A stretch of 63,394 nucleotides of DNA, the filler included, from Octopus bimaculoides (taxonomy: Eukaryota), in NCBI RefSeq assembly GCF_001194135.2. It is 4 parts of 3 records of this genome, joined end to end, with 100 filler letters (N's around TTAATTAATTAA, not from the genome) between each part and the next. Parts side by side here need not be neighbours in the genome. Positions count along the whole stretch, not along the records: positions 34,266 to 54,252 come from NC_068993.1; 3 more parts are not named here. One strand, written 5' to 3'. A program made the position numbers and the translations under genes. Positions 37,673 through 51,713 of this stretch are shown here, in pieces. Within the stretch, counting starts at the first letter, position 1, and each line of letters opens with the position of its first letter. The notes under the pieces were generated by a model. That model made no database searches and was not told the origin of the DNA. It saw only the letters and a list, made by a program, of their open reading frames with translations.

Positions 37673-40137
37673 TAGATTTATAATAATATAAAATACAATT
37701 ATAACTAAGAGCATAGAAGAGACCATACCTATATGCTGAAAGTAGAAGCTAAATCGTCTAACCACTTCAAATCATCACTTCTGTAGTACACACAGGTTGA
37801 AATTGAGGGAGTAGGCTTGATAGAAATTCATGGACTGGAAGTGTGGACTATAGTATTACTATATTTGTGAAAGTGAACTGGACAAAATGTTTAGTCAACG
37901 GACAGATACATGGAACACTGAAAACATGATGGCGAAAGTGACAAGTGTAGTGTTCAAGCCACAGATAACCTGCTTCTTAGTTCATTGTAAGGAAATCCGT
38001 TGAATTGGTCATAGAATGAGCATATTAAAGCTCGTATAAAGCTCGTCTCTGTATAAACTTCTGCCATTTATCCAAATAGTATCCTAACAGATCCAGGTTA
38101 TGACCCTATGATTAGCTGCAACACCATCCTATAAATGTTGCCATTGCGTCTCCACCATATTGGTGATATTACAATATGAAGCTACGTGTTTACGTAAAAG
38201 CAAACATTGTAAGTTCCTATGTACCTAGTATTCTTCGAATACAGTTTGTGTTCGGAACAGAATAAAAACAAGTATAATTCCACTGAATTTCAAAATTTTC
38301 AAGAACATTAAAAAAAATATATGAATATTCATAATACTGTTTTGTTTCTACAAACTAGCCGATAATTTAACGGAGAATTTCAAAGAAGTAAGAGATATAC
38401 AATAATACATACATGCGTACAAACATATCCACCACAACACATATTTGTATATAAACACGCGCGCGCATGCACAAGTTCGTGTGTACATATAGGGATATGC
38501 ACACACAAGCATATGTACATAAGTCCGTTTGTATAAGTATAATGTTTGCTGAAAATTTTACTCCAAAATTACGAAATTGAACGCAATTTTATTTTTAACT
38601 GAATGGAATATTTATTTTTCCAATTTAGTTATTTTCTTTTTAATTTCTTTCGTACTTTCCAGTCCATCTAATTTACGTCAGAAAGAAGGAAAACATGAAC
38701 TACTCTGCTGATATATATATATATATATATATATANNNNNNNNNNNNNNNNNNNNNNNNNNNNNNNNNNNNNNNNNNNNNNNNNNNNNNNNNNNNNNNNN
38801 NNNNNNNNNNNNNNNNNNNNNNNNNNNNNNNNNNNNNNNNNNNNNNNNNNNNNNNNNNNNNNNNNNNNNNNNNNNNNNNNNNNNNNNNNNNNNNNNNNNN
38901 NNNNNNNNNNNNNNNNNNNNNNNNNNNNNNNNNNNNNNNNNNNNNNNNNNNNNNNNNNNNNNNNNNNNNNNNNNNNNNNNNNNNNNNNNNNNNNNNNNNN
39001 NNNNNNNNNNNNNNNNNNNNNNNNNNNNNNNNNNNNNNNNNNNNNNNNNNNNNNNNNNNNNNNNNNNNNNNNNNNNNNNNNNNNNNNNNNNNNNNNNNNN
39101 NNNNNNNNNNNNNNNNNNNNNNNCTTTTTTTCTTCCTTTTCAAATGACAAAAATTAATTTTAAAAAATGCATACTCAGTAAAATTCATTTTCTTTTCGCT
39201 AAACATTTTTACAAACTTTCGTTATATATTACATACATATATTTATAACATACATGTATGGGTATACATATATATTCATACACATACACATATATATTTG
39301 TTAAACATTACCCCATCCCCACCGCCTCACAATCTACACAACTTCTACAAGATTGCTTCATTTCAGTCAAGTAACGTCTTACAGTCCTCGCTTTTCCTAT
39401 TTGTTCCTAATGTTGTTTTTGCTGTCGTTTATGTTGTTGTTTGTATCTGTTCGGTCTATTCAACCTGTATATTTATATCCTTCAGTTCTTGTCACAGCTG
39501 TGTTATTGCAATTTCCATATTTTTTTCTGCATTTTTGCTCTCCCATATATATATCTTTTTTCATTCTTTCTTATTGTCTTTTCCTTGCGGCGACATTGAC
39601 ATTTTGCTGACACATAAAATCATTTACATTCAAAACGCTGTCTCCCTTTTGGCCAACACTGATGATTTCTCTCCCTTCACCTCTGACTCTCTGGATGTCC
39701 CTAAGCAACACAATTGATACCGCCTTTTTATTTCAAACACCGACCTTATATATTTTTCTGTTTCGTTATCTTTTGTTAGTTATTTTTCTTTTTAATTCTG
39801 TATTATAATTCACTCTGTACCTGGATAAATAAAAACAGGAAAAAAAAAAGGAGGGGAATAAAGGAGAAATGAAAGATCTTAGCGTCTTCTCTGTTGTTTG
39901 TTGTGTAATGCGGAATAATCTAAGAGAAAATAAGAAGTAACTGATATAAATTGAGAATACTACATATATTCCGTCATTTTGCCCACGTTTATTTTCTTCT
40001 TTTGTTCTAACTTATAGTATAATAAGTCTGTATGTGTTCATGTGTGTGTGTGTGTGTCTGCATGCGTACATATGTGTGTAAGTATATACATATATATGTA
40101 CGTATATATATCGATATCTATACGTCTACACACACAC

Positions 40138-40189
<52 letters not shown>

Positions 40190-40822
40190 TGTGATAATAT
40201 GGATATAGATTCTCTTATATCAAAATTCAGTTTTTTAGAAAACTTTTTCTAAAAATATTTATTCATTTATTTAACTAGGGTTAGATGCAATCAATGGAAT
40301 GAACAACCCTTCTGTAGTATATGACAGTTACGTATTTCATCAAAGAATGTCGTTTTGTATGTTGTCCATATCTCACCTCAGTATCAGTGAGATTGTCTTC
40401 ATTATTTTGAAACTAAACGAAAATCTTCCATTCTTATTTAATAGTTAAACGTCTATAATCCGAAGTCTAACTGTTTCTAACGACTCACATCTGCCAACAC
40501 GGAAGCTTCTGTGTGTCCACTTACAGTAGACCAGAGTAAAATCTTTGTCAAATAATGCCTAATAATGCATTTTGTAAAGAGAAAGAAACGCTGAATATTG
40601 GGGGTCTTAAACTATACTGTTTAAATAGCATATATATATATATATATATATATATCAAAATTGAGATAATTTATTATCATTATTTCCCTGGTCAGAACTA
40701 AACTGGGGCTTTCTTACTATTCACCACGCAAATGTTCTGAAATGTTGGTTTAGATAGGTTTTGACCAGAAGATTTCAACGACTTGTCTAAAAAACATACA
40801 ATCGATAAATGTCTAAGGTGAC

Positions 40823-41881
40823 ATGTTGAATCATCCCATAAATAATGGTTTTTTTATACTTCTTTTATTTTTCAAACTTAAGATAAAGTTCTTTTTAAAT
40901 ATAAAATATACTCTCTTTCTTTTTCTACAATGCTCTTCCATCTATCTGGTAGATTTGCAAGGACCGTCTTCCAAAATTCACTTGTCCGTCACGAAAAATA
41001 CTCCTCCAGTACTGTTCTGACCTCGTCTACAGAATTCATATTTTTCCCGTCCAAATGATTTTGAAGACTGTGGAATAAATGATAATCAGATGAGGTATTG
41101 TCCGGCGAATATGGTGGGTGAGACATCGTTTCCCATTCAAACTGTTCCAGCCTTTGGAATGTCATCCTCGCTGTATGTGGCTAAGCATTATCCTGATGGA
41201 AAAACACATTTCGTATTGAAACCAAACATGGTCGTTTTATCTCTAGCACTGACTTAAGCCGATCAAGATGCTCTCTGTAGATCTTCTTTGACATCGTTTG
41301 CTTTGGGTTTTAAAAGTCCAAAGTGGACTAAACCTTTCATATCCCAATAAACAGATAACAGCACCTTACGTGAGTGAAGACCTTTAGCCTGGGGTGCCGG
41401 TGTTTCTCCTTTCCCGACCCACTGTCTTTGGCGCTTTGACATGTTTATAGAGAGCCCATTTCCCGTCATCAGTAACTATTCAGTTAAAAAAAGGTCCATT
41501 CGTGAGACGTGACAGCAAAGACGAACACTCATTTACTCTCTTTGCACGTGATTAGACTCGGAAAGTTTGTGAGGAACTTATTGATTCAAATTGCTGACTT
41601 TTCCTATGGCACGCAGGTATCGATGAATTGTTGAATGTTCAAATCCAAGCTTCTCTGCTAGGTCCTCAATAGTTACGATGGGATTTTGTTCCACCAGGGT
41701 TTGCAGTACGTCCTCGTCGAGCTCTACAGCAAGTCCTGGACGAAGTTAGTCTTCTAGGCTGTAGATTCCGGCTCGGAATTTCTGGAACCACCGTTGAAAC
41801 TGGCTTACGCTTATTGTCCGATCCCCATATACAGCTTTAATATTCTTCACACTTTCCGTTGCGGTGTTGCCTTTATTGAAC
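40823..41881 (-). mobile_element. Second, more decayed mariner transposon (different family)
   Basis: Minus strand FNKGNTATESVKNIKAVYGDRTISVSQFQRWFQKFRAG...*VPHKLS...IVTDDGKW...FHQDNA*PHTA...HPPYSPDNTSSDYHLFHSLQNHL...LPDRWKSIVE, with several stops and frameshifts. TIR-like end near 40823-40855. The 5' end stops at an (AGT)n tract. Confidence 0.9.
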
Positions 41882-41905
41882 TACTAGTAGTAGTAGTAGT
41901 AGTAT

Positions 41906-41944
<39 letters not shown>

Positions 41945-42382
41945 AACTGTGTATAGACAAAATTGTTAGAGCAACAGATAAAATGTCTTGCGACAAGTAA
42001 GTATGGCACTTTAACTTGACGGAAGTTCAAAACTCACCGAGTTCAATTTCGTCTTTTATTCTCTTACTTCGATAAAATAAAGTTCGGAATTGATACAATC
42101 GACTAATTGTCCTATTGAAATTACTAGCCTTGTGCCAAAATATGAAAGATTATTATTATTACTTTTATTAAGTTTTTGAAATGTTTTATTCCTCTATCCA
42201 TTCATTAAAGTTAGAAACATTACAAATTTTTTTTTTTTTTTTTTTGGTTACTTATTTAATCATTTTATCATTTCATTATATGTAAGGCTTCACATTTTAT
42301 GTCTATCTTCATATTGCCCCCGCATCCTTCGCCCAGGTGGCACGTAAATGAAAATCATTATTATTATTATCCCTATTATCAC

Positions 42383-42430
<48 letters not shown>

Positions 42431-42957
42431 GTGAGAGAGCAGTGCATGCCATCAAAGTGACACGGGAAAAATATACGAAGCCCATTATACCCACCATGAC
42501 TACCCGTCTGATAAGGGTACACCAGGTACATGCATCACAATCATATGTGCGCGACATGGTGATCTCATTACAAGATAAACAGCGCATGACCTTGCAGGAG
42601 GGGCCCAGTTAGAATTTTCTTCACGTCCTGCTCAGGTCCCTGAATAAGGGTTGTCTGAGAATGTTGAACGAAAGACCGGTGCATCCATAAGTAAATTATT
42701 AAAACCCCAAAGAATTCTCCTCAACACATGGCTATGATGCTCCTCCGCCCACTACTTCTGCTCGTGATCAGAGATGCACATATCATCAGATACCAAGAGA
42801 CATGCTCAAATGGTTATGATCAAACAGCTGACAAAGAAATTTGTGGTACTTAGCAGAATTTTTGCTGTAGCCCCTCTTTTATACCAATACAAGACATGCA
42901 CATGATATAACTTCCAATCATTAAAGACCAAAATCCATGAGAGCCATTCCCTGGTAC
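42431..42957 (-). mobile_element. Second copy of the ~530-bp repeat
   Basis: Reverse complement of 30977-31514, with a small internal deletion. Confidence 0.72.
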
Positions 42958-43015
42958 ACCATGTAGGCATTTATTATTATTATTATGATTATTATTATTA
43001 TAATTATTATTATTT

Positions 43016-44008
43016 TAAAAGAAAATATGGTCCGTTGTCTTCTGTTGAACCGGGGTCATCCCTTAACCTTAGAGTCACAGCAGGTCTTCGTCTCAAGGAG
43101 AGTACACGGTGTAGAATGTGTGCGGAACACTATTTTCTGAAGTTCTCCCACGTTAACACTCAAGGGAGTTTGTTGAGCTGCTTATCAAGGCCCTTTTTAA
43201 TTAGCCCAAACGCTCCAATCACCACTGGTGCTGTGCTGCTTTTCATTCCCAACATCTTGGTCACTTCTATTTCTAATTCTTTGTACTTAAATAACTTCTC
43301 AACTTCTTTAATGGACACATTTCTCTCTGATGGTACTGTCACATCTATCATTAAGCATTTCTTATTCTTCCCATCTTTGATGATTATGTCCGGTTTATTT
43401 CCCTTGATTTCTTTATCGGTGTTGATTGGCATGTCCCAGAGTACTGTTAAATTATCTTTTCCGGTCACAGTTTCAGGTTTATGCTGGCACCATCTTTCTG
43501 AAGTTGGAAGCTAGTAGTGTTTACATATCTTCCAATGGATATATTGCGCTTCTCTATCGTGTCTATGAATATATTCGGTATTTGCAAGTGCTGTGCATCC
43601 AGTTAAAATGTGGTCCACTGTTTCATCCTACTCATGACACATTCTGCATTTCAGGTCAGTGACATCGTTTATTATTTTGTTGAGGTAAGCCCTGGTTGCC
43701 AAGCTTCGATCTTGTGCTGCTATGATAAAACCTTCGGTTTCAGCCTTCAGTGCTCAGCTCTTCATTCATACACGAGTGTCTCGTTTTCCTACGTCTGGTT
43801 TGTTCACTCTACATAGGTATCGGCCATGCATCAGTTTTTCTAGCCATTCTTTTTTGCTCTGCTTCTGGGCTTGTTTTTTTTATCTTTTTTTTTAACTCTT
43901 TTAGCAAACTGGATTACTTTCTCACTCGCCTTCATCCTAGGTTCTTCCATCATCAGTTGTTTCTTAAACTGTACAGATTCTTTGCATACCGAGTATAGCT
44001 TCTTTACT
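43016..44008 (-). mobile_element. R4/Dong-like non-LTR retrotransposon 3' portion (CCHC knuckle + restriction-like endonuclease)
   Basis: W..K.MHGRY...LKAETEGFIIAAQD...KCRMCHE*DETVDHILTGC...RHD...IHW...LWDMPINTD...NKPDIIIKD...IDVTVP...KEVEKLFKYKELEIE...PVVIGAFG...TAHILHRVL. Flanked by (AAT)n on both sides. Confidence 0.88.
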
Positions 44009-44051
44009 TTATTATTATTATTGTTGTTGTTGTTGTTGTCGTTGTTATTAA

Positions 44052-44240
44052 GGCAGCAAGCTGGCAGAATCGTCAGTACGCCAGACAAAATGTTTAGCGG
44101 CATTTCGTCCGTCTTACGTTCTGAGTTCAAATTCTGCCGAGGTTGACTTAACTTTCATCCTTTCGGGGTCAATAAAATGAAGCACCACTTGGATTTTAAT
44201 CAACGACCCCCTGCCCCAGAATTGCTGGCCTTGTACTAAA
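44052..44240 (+). mobile_element. Family B SINE between the two R4-like fragments
   Basis: ggcagcaagctggcagaatcgtcagtacg...gttctgagttcaaattctgccgagg...tcatcctttcggggtc. Another copy lies at ~46232-46400. Confidence 0.82.
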
Positions 44241-44344
44241 ATTTGAAGTCTTCCTCCTCATTATCGTCGTCATCTTAGTAGTAATAGCAGCTGTTGTTGT
44301 TTTTGTTGCTGAGGTTGTCGTCGTCTTTGTTGTTATTGTTGTTT

Positions 44345-45030
44345 TAACCCAGGTATTGAAACTCCCGTAGTCTTGCATGCGTAGCGGGCTTGCTACCTAG
44401 AGCCTTCAGTCCCATGCTATCTGTTCTTTTCAACTACTACTTTGCTAATGATTCTGTCCGTGTAATGGATGCAAATATTTTGTAATAGCTCGACTGGGCA
44501 GTCTATTCCGATTTCCTTTATATTCCTTTAAAAGCCTTCTGATATTATTTCCAAAGTCCCAACAATAATTGGTACTATCTTCACGTTCTTCATATTTCAC
44601 GGTTAGGCTATTACATATTTAAGAGGGTTGTATATGTCTATTTTTTCATTTTCCTTCTTGACTATTCGTGGGTCAAAGGCGCACGCAACATCAGTAATAG
44701 AGCACATAAGGTTTACCTTGTTGCCCACCACCACCACTGTTTCCGGCTTGTTGTGCTCAGGTATTTGTTTGTTTGGATCGGGATATTCCATAAGACTTTG
44801 CGGGTCTCCGATGCTGCCACTCTTTACAGTATGTGCTTGTATCATGTCTTACCTCTCTCTAGTTCCCACAACTTATAATGGTTTTTGCTATGTCTAGAGA
44901 ATTCGTCCACCATATAGGCAATGGCTTCATCGACTCTATTACAGGATCGACGCTGTAGAGACATATGCTTATTCCTAAGGCTGGTCCTCTAATTTGTGGA
45001 AAAAGTTTGATATCAGCCTCTTTTTTTCAC
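44345..45030 (-). mobile_element. Second, more diverged R4-like RLE fragment
   Basis: KVLWNIPIQTN...HNKP...DVACAFDPRIVKKENEKIDIYNPLKY...VKIVPIIVG, with a decayed knuckle upstream. Flanked by (AAC)n. Confidence 0.75.
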
Positions 45031-45211
45031 TTTTGTTGTTGTTGTTGAGTGAAAAAGCAGCGCATGACGTCAAAGTGACGTCATGGGGTACAAATATACG
45101 AAGCCCTATATACACATCATGACTACCCGTCTGATAAGGGTACACTACGCACATTCATCACAGCCATATGTGCACGACATGATAATCTCATATCAAGATA
45201 AACAGTATATG

Positions 45212-45391
45212 GCGCAGGAGTGGTTGTGTAGTAAGTAGCTTGCTTACCAACCAAATGGTTCCGGGTTCAGTCCCACTGCGTGGCACCTTAGGCAAGTGTC
45301 TTCTACTATAACATAGGGCCGACCAAAGCCTTGTGAGTGGATTTGGTAGACGGAAACTGAAAGAATCCCGTTGTATATATGTGTGTCTTTG

Positions 45392-45426
<35 letters not shown>

Positions 45427-45494
45427 TTGTGTGTCTGTGTTTGTCCCCCCCAACATCACTTGACAACCGATGCCTGTGTGTTTACGTCCCCGTA
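45212..45494 (+). mobile_element. Family A SINE running into an N gap
   Basis: Near-consensus head and core, colinear with 27497-27930. Confidence 0.85.
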
Positions 45495-46400
45495 NNNNNN
45501 NNNNNNNNNNNNNNNNNNNNNNNNNNNNNNNNNNNNNNNNNNNNNNNNNNNNNNNNNNNNNNNNNNNNNNNNNNNNNNNNNNNNNNNNNNNNNNNNNNNN
45601 NNNNNNNNNNNNNNNNNNNNNNNNNNNNNNNNNNNNNNNNNNNNNNNNNNNNNNNNNNNNNNNNNNNNNNNNNNNNNNNNNNNNNNNNNNNNNNNNNNNN
45701 NNNNNNNNNNNNNNNNNNNNNNNNNNNNNNNNNNNNNNNNNNNNNNNNNNNNNNNNNNNNNNNNNNNNNNNNNNNNNNNNNNNNNNNNNNNNNNNNNNNN
45801 NNNNNNNNNNNNNNNNNNNNNNNNNNNNNNNNNNNNNNNNNNNNNNNNNNNNNNNNNNNNNNNNNNNNNNNNNNNNNNNNNNNNNNNNNNNNNNNNNNNN
45901 NNNNNNNNNNNNNNNNNNNNNNNNNNNNNNNNNNNNNNNNNNNNNNNNNNNNNNNNNNNNNNNNNNNNNNNNNNNNNNNNNNNNNNNNNNNNNNNNNNNN
46001 NNNNNNNNNNNNNNNNNNNNNNNNNNNNNNNNNNNNNNNNNNNNNNNNNNNNNNNNNNNNNNNNNNNNNNNNNNNNNNNNNNNNNNNNNNNNNNNNNNNN
46101 NNNNNNNNNNNNNNNNNNNNNNNNNNNNNNNNNNNNNNNNNNNNNNNNNNNNNNNNNNNNNNNNNNNNNNNNNNNNNNNNNNNNNNNNNNNNNNNNNNNN
46201 NNNNNNNNNNNNNNNNNNNNNNNNNNNNNNNNCAGCATTTCATTCGTATTTACGTTCTGAGTTCAAATTCCGCCAAGGTGGACTTTGCATTTCATATTTT
46301 TGTGGTCGATAAAATAAGTACCAGTCGAACACTGGGATCGCTGTAATCGACTTATCCCCTCCCGCGAAATTGCTGGCCTTGCACCAAAATTTGAGATCAA

Positions 46401-46456
<56 letters not shown>

Positions 46457-47023
46457 CAGTATCATCATTATCATCATCATCATCATCATCATCATTATGG
46501 TGGCAAGCTAGAAGAATCGTTAGCACGGCTATCTTTACGTTCTCATCTTCATACATACACCACGCACACACACACACGTATACTCAGAAACACACACATA
46601 CACTCACAAACACAAGCATATACACTGCTAACTACATACATAACGTGTGTCTACGCACGCGCACGAAATATTTGTTGAGCAGAATTAGAAAATATACCAT
46701 TCAATAAAGGAAAAGAGATAACATTCACGAAAATAATCAAGAATCACATAAGTAAAAGTAATTTTGATTTATAATCCAGAAACACTCAAAGAATAATATG
46801 AAAAGTTTGGATATATTAATATCTAAGGAATTAAATACCATTTCTTAACGGTTTTTATTTTATTTCACTTTTATCTCTATTTTTTTGTTGTTTAATAACG
46901 TTTTTTATTACATGGATTTTTTTCGCCTTACTAATATCTCTATCACTGTTAAGTAGTTTTCCTAAAAAATAAAAGAAATATGCACGTGTATATATGAGTG
47001 TGTTTATATATGTGTATGTAAGC

Positions 47024-47054
<31 letters not shown>

Positions 47055-47332
47055 CACGCATAGGTATGTGTGTATTTATATATATATATGTACATATACA
47101 TATATATATNNNNNNNNNNNNNNNNNNNNNNNNNNNNNNNNNNNNNNNNNNNNNNNNNNNNNNNNNNNNNNNNNNNNNNNNNNNNNNNNNNNNNNNNNNN
47201 NNNNNNNNNNNNNNNNNNNNNNNNNNNNNNNNNNNNNNNNNNNNNNNNNNNNNNNNNNNNNNNNNNNNNNNNNNNNNNNNNNNNNNNNNNNNNNNNNNNN
47301 NNNNNNNNNNNNNNNNNNNNNNNNNNNNNNNN

Positions 47333-47363
<31 letters not shown>

Positions 47364-48299
47364 CACACATGCACGCACAGTTTGATTATCGTATTCATTT
47401 GTATATCAAAGTAATGCTCATGCGCGTTCCTGTTAACGCTCACACTCACATCCATTTGTTTCTCACATTTAGAAAATATTTCGAGGAAATTAAAATTCTG
47501 TATAAATTACTGGGGTTTGAAACAATCAAACAATTTAGGGTTCAGAAGTGTTAGAAGAGTGTGAAGGGGAAGGGGGCTGCTAGTGTTCACAGTTTCAAGA
47601 GACCAAGAACGAGGGTGGGAGGCAGAACGAGAGAAATGGTGGAAGGTAGAGCGAGATAAAGAGATTGATATACATAGAGAAACTAGGAGAGGGAGATTGT
47701 GAAAAGATTTAGTGGGAAGCTAAACGAGAATCTTTCATTCTTATTTACCTATCACTCTCTGTATCATCGATGAAAGAAAATCAACTTTCTTGCTTGCAGG
47801 CTTGGCAGGATTTGACTTTACGTCTTTATATTTCATTTGTTTCTATGACATCTTTTTGGATATGTGTATGTTGATTGTTGTTAGGTTGCTTTTTTTTACA
47901 TCTTATATTTTATTCCTTTTTCTGTTATTGTATTGCGTCGTTTGGTTAATCCTCGTAAAGCTATCTTCTCTGCCCTATGCCCTCTGATCAATCCCCACCT
48001 ACGCCTACCTACGCCTGCAAAATAGTGCTGCTCTGCATGCTTAATAATTCTTTAGTGTTTTCGAACTTGTTTTTCCCCAGGGATAAATCAGAAATGTTTA
48101 ATCATTTAACCGGTGTACTTGATCAATTTACAATATTTCCCTACGGATAGTTATCGTCTATGTAATATTATAACACCGAATACTAGGCACCTTCAACGTC
48201 ACACACGTAAATCTATTTGCATACATACTCACCAACACACATACACATAAGCAGATTCATATGTATATACACACATACACACGCACACACACAAATACC

Positions 48300-48630
48300 G
48301 ACATACATTCACACAAATATATATATATATATATATATGCACATTCTTGAATTCATAGAAACATGCATATATATGCATATACATATATGTGTGTGTGGGT
48401 ATGTATATATATATATGTGTATATATATGTATATATATGCATGTATGTATGTATGCATGTATGTATGTATGCATGTATGTATGTATGTATGTATGTATGT
48501 ATGTATGTATGCATGTATGTGTATATATATATATATATGTCTGTGTGTGCGTATGCAAATTATATCTATCTATATACACATATATAAATATATATATATA
48601 TGCATATATATAATATATATATATATATAT

Positions 48631-48693
<63 letters not shown>

Positions 48694-48753
48694 AATATAG
48701 GTATATATATGTATGTGTGTGTGTGCGTATGCAAATTATATCTATCTACCAAA

Positions 48754-48800
<47 letters not shown>

Positions 48801-48965
48801 TGTACAATTTGCATACGCACACACGAATATATATTTGTATGGATGGATATAATTTGCATATATATATACATATATGAATGCATATATACATATATAAATA
48901 CATAAATAAATACATATATAAATAAATACATATATAAATACACACACATGCACATACGCACACAC
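48300..48965. repeat. (TA)n/(ATGT)n/(GATA)n low-complexity block; representative of dozens of similar tracts in the window
   Basis: Other examples: (AAT)n 1333-1385, (AAAG)n 16370-16430, (ATT)n 17421-17503, (ATAC)n 23515-23657, (TTTC)n 25935-26100, (CTAC)n 30925-30976, (TCTA)n 33970-34020. Confidence 0.95.
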
Positions 48966-49675
48966 ACACTTGTATACATATACCAATTGATACACTATCA
49001 CATGCTATTACAGCTTCACTACTCAAAGTAACATTTCTTTCTTTGAATATTCCATATTCCATTCTTTTTTTGTTGCTGTTTTCTTTCTGCCTTCACGTAT
49101 TCTCCCACATTCACTTATACACATACGTATATTTGTAAGTGTATGAACGAATACACGCATATATGGATGTACGTGTTTATATGCTTATGTGATTTTTCTC
49201 TGTTATGCACAGGTAGCACACATAGATATAACTTCACACACATGGTTAAATGCGAAACAGAAACAAAAAGTTGTCATTCTCTCAACTCATGCATGCATAT
49301 CTATGCAAACTATTCTATGAGGAAATCTGTTTGTGACGTGTAAAATATGAATATTTCAAAGCACTGCAAACGTTACTTACGTGCATGTTTATAAATGTAT
49401 GTGTGGTTCTCTGTGTGTTTTGTAATTATGAATGCGTATGACCTCCTCGTTTAACCACACTGATATCATCAGAAATAAAATCTTATACATTCTGTCAAAT
49501 TGCATCGTGATTTTTAAAGCATGGCTCTGTTTAAATTGATTGCCAATATTGACCTCAAACATTCATTGATCTGCTTAATTGATATAAAACAAAAATATCG
49601 ACTATTTACCACACAATAACAACAGATGTTGATACATTGTTCAAATTAAACAATAATAAGGATGGATTATCGAAC

Positions 49676-49719
<44 letters not shown>

Positions 49720-51634
49720 NNNNNNNNNNATAATAATAATAATAATTATAATAATAATAATAATAATAATAATAACGGTGATGATGATGATGATATTCAG
49801 GTAGGCAAACAATACATATTAAAAGAGAATAGTTTACTAATTCCGTAAAGGAATCTCGCTGAGAGACTACCACCTAACCAAATAGTTACACAACATTGCA
49901 CTCTATATGACGCACCACTACATGTTGAAATATGCTAGGCAGAGACTGATGCGTCTGAAATAATAGATCTACAGATTGAATCTAGTCGCTCGGCAGGCTT
50001 TGTCTCATATTCCCATAATGTCTATTTGGTAAGAACTGACCAGGGACTACATGCACACCAACAGAAAAAAAAAAAAAGAGCAAAGGTTTTAATTTTAAAT
50101 CTGTCATCACCTGTGTATCATATCGGTAAAATAACGCGGCGGATATTACAAATGTCATATAATGTATCTTGCTATAACGTATGTTTGTTTTCTAATGTGT
50201 TTTCATTTTCCATGTAAGGAGATGTATAAGATATTTTATATCATCATCCCTGGGAGGATGAAGGAAAAAACGTTGATGTTGGTGTGAACGGAAATCTGAA
50301 TTTAAGTATCTGAAACTAGGTATTTTGACTGACTCACTATCGATTCAACTATTCCACCAATGTAATGGACTAACCAGAGTAGCAACAGCAACAAAGATAT
50401 GAGAATCACACAGTACATTTTACAGTCTTTTTATTCAGTTACTTCGATGTCCTGTATAGAAGTCAAGTTTAGTTTTCATCTCTTCAAGTTCACTAACATT
50501 ACATAAATTATCATCTGGTATTTAACGTCGGAGTCAAATCTGACCGAAGTCATCTTTATGGTTCATACTTCGTTGAGATCAATAAATATAAGCAACTGGA
50601 TCGATTTAATCGACTATATCCTCGGGGATATAATCGGTTGAGTCCTTCACTAAATCCTTTCTTCTTACATTTCCAGTATAGCTCTAATGGGTAGAAAAGA
50701 TATATAATCAAAATTACTCCGGTTGTGGCCTTCCCATCTATTTTAAGTATAACACATCGAGAACTATATTATTCAGTGTGTCATTGTTTATAAGACGGCA
50801 GGGTGTCATTTAGAGTAAATGGTACTGTCGTTCATCCTAATATTCTACTAATATTTGACTATGTCACTTTTTGTTACGAGTTCAAATTTCGCTATTTATT
50901 CAGTCCAGATCAGTAAAGTGAGTATTTATAGAGTACTTCTCGTCATAGAGTATAATAATTATTCTAACGGTAGATAATTATTGTAATGAATTCACACTAA
51001 ATGATATTTTTCAAAAAATATTTTTAGAAACGGTAAGAGAAAAATTAGGGTATTTGATACCGCCTACATGATATGGGGAATTTCTAAGTATGGGTGAAAT
51101 AAAACACCAAATAAACACTTAAGACCCTTGGGAAAATTAGGGAAAATTTGAAATGCCATTAGCATAAAGAAAAGTAATGTATAATCCCTGGAGTTGTAGA
51201 GGCCCTAAAGACATTGTGTTAATTTAGTGAATTCAGAACAAATAAATTAGTGAACTACATTTCCCTTCACGTTTTATATTAACAGAATTCAATGAATGCT
51301 TATGAAACTTAAGACAATTCACAAGTTTTCTTGAAACAGTAGGTTAGCCTTTATCATGTGGTTGTTATTTATAACTTATATGGCCACAGAAAAATTTAAT
51401 TCGTATGACAGAATATGTATTTCCGACATCGGTTCTGAGAATTAAATAGTAAGGAATAGAAATTAAGTGATTTGAGAGAACCCGCATTTTAATGATGGGG
51501 CTGTTCTACTAAAAGCGTGGTGAAAGGTCTCTTATATATACTGGTAAATTGTAACTACAACATTTCTGAGAAAGAGGGGAGTGCACGCATTGGAGCGATC
51601 TCAAAGTGGGTGTTTGTGTGCGCTTGTGTGACTC

Positions 51635-51666
<32 letters not shown>

Positions 51667-51678
51667 AGTGTGTGTGTG

Positions 51679-51713
<35 letters not shown>

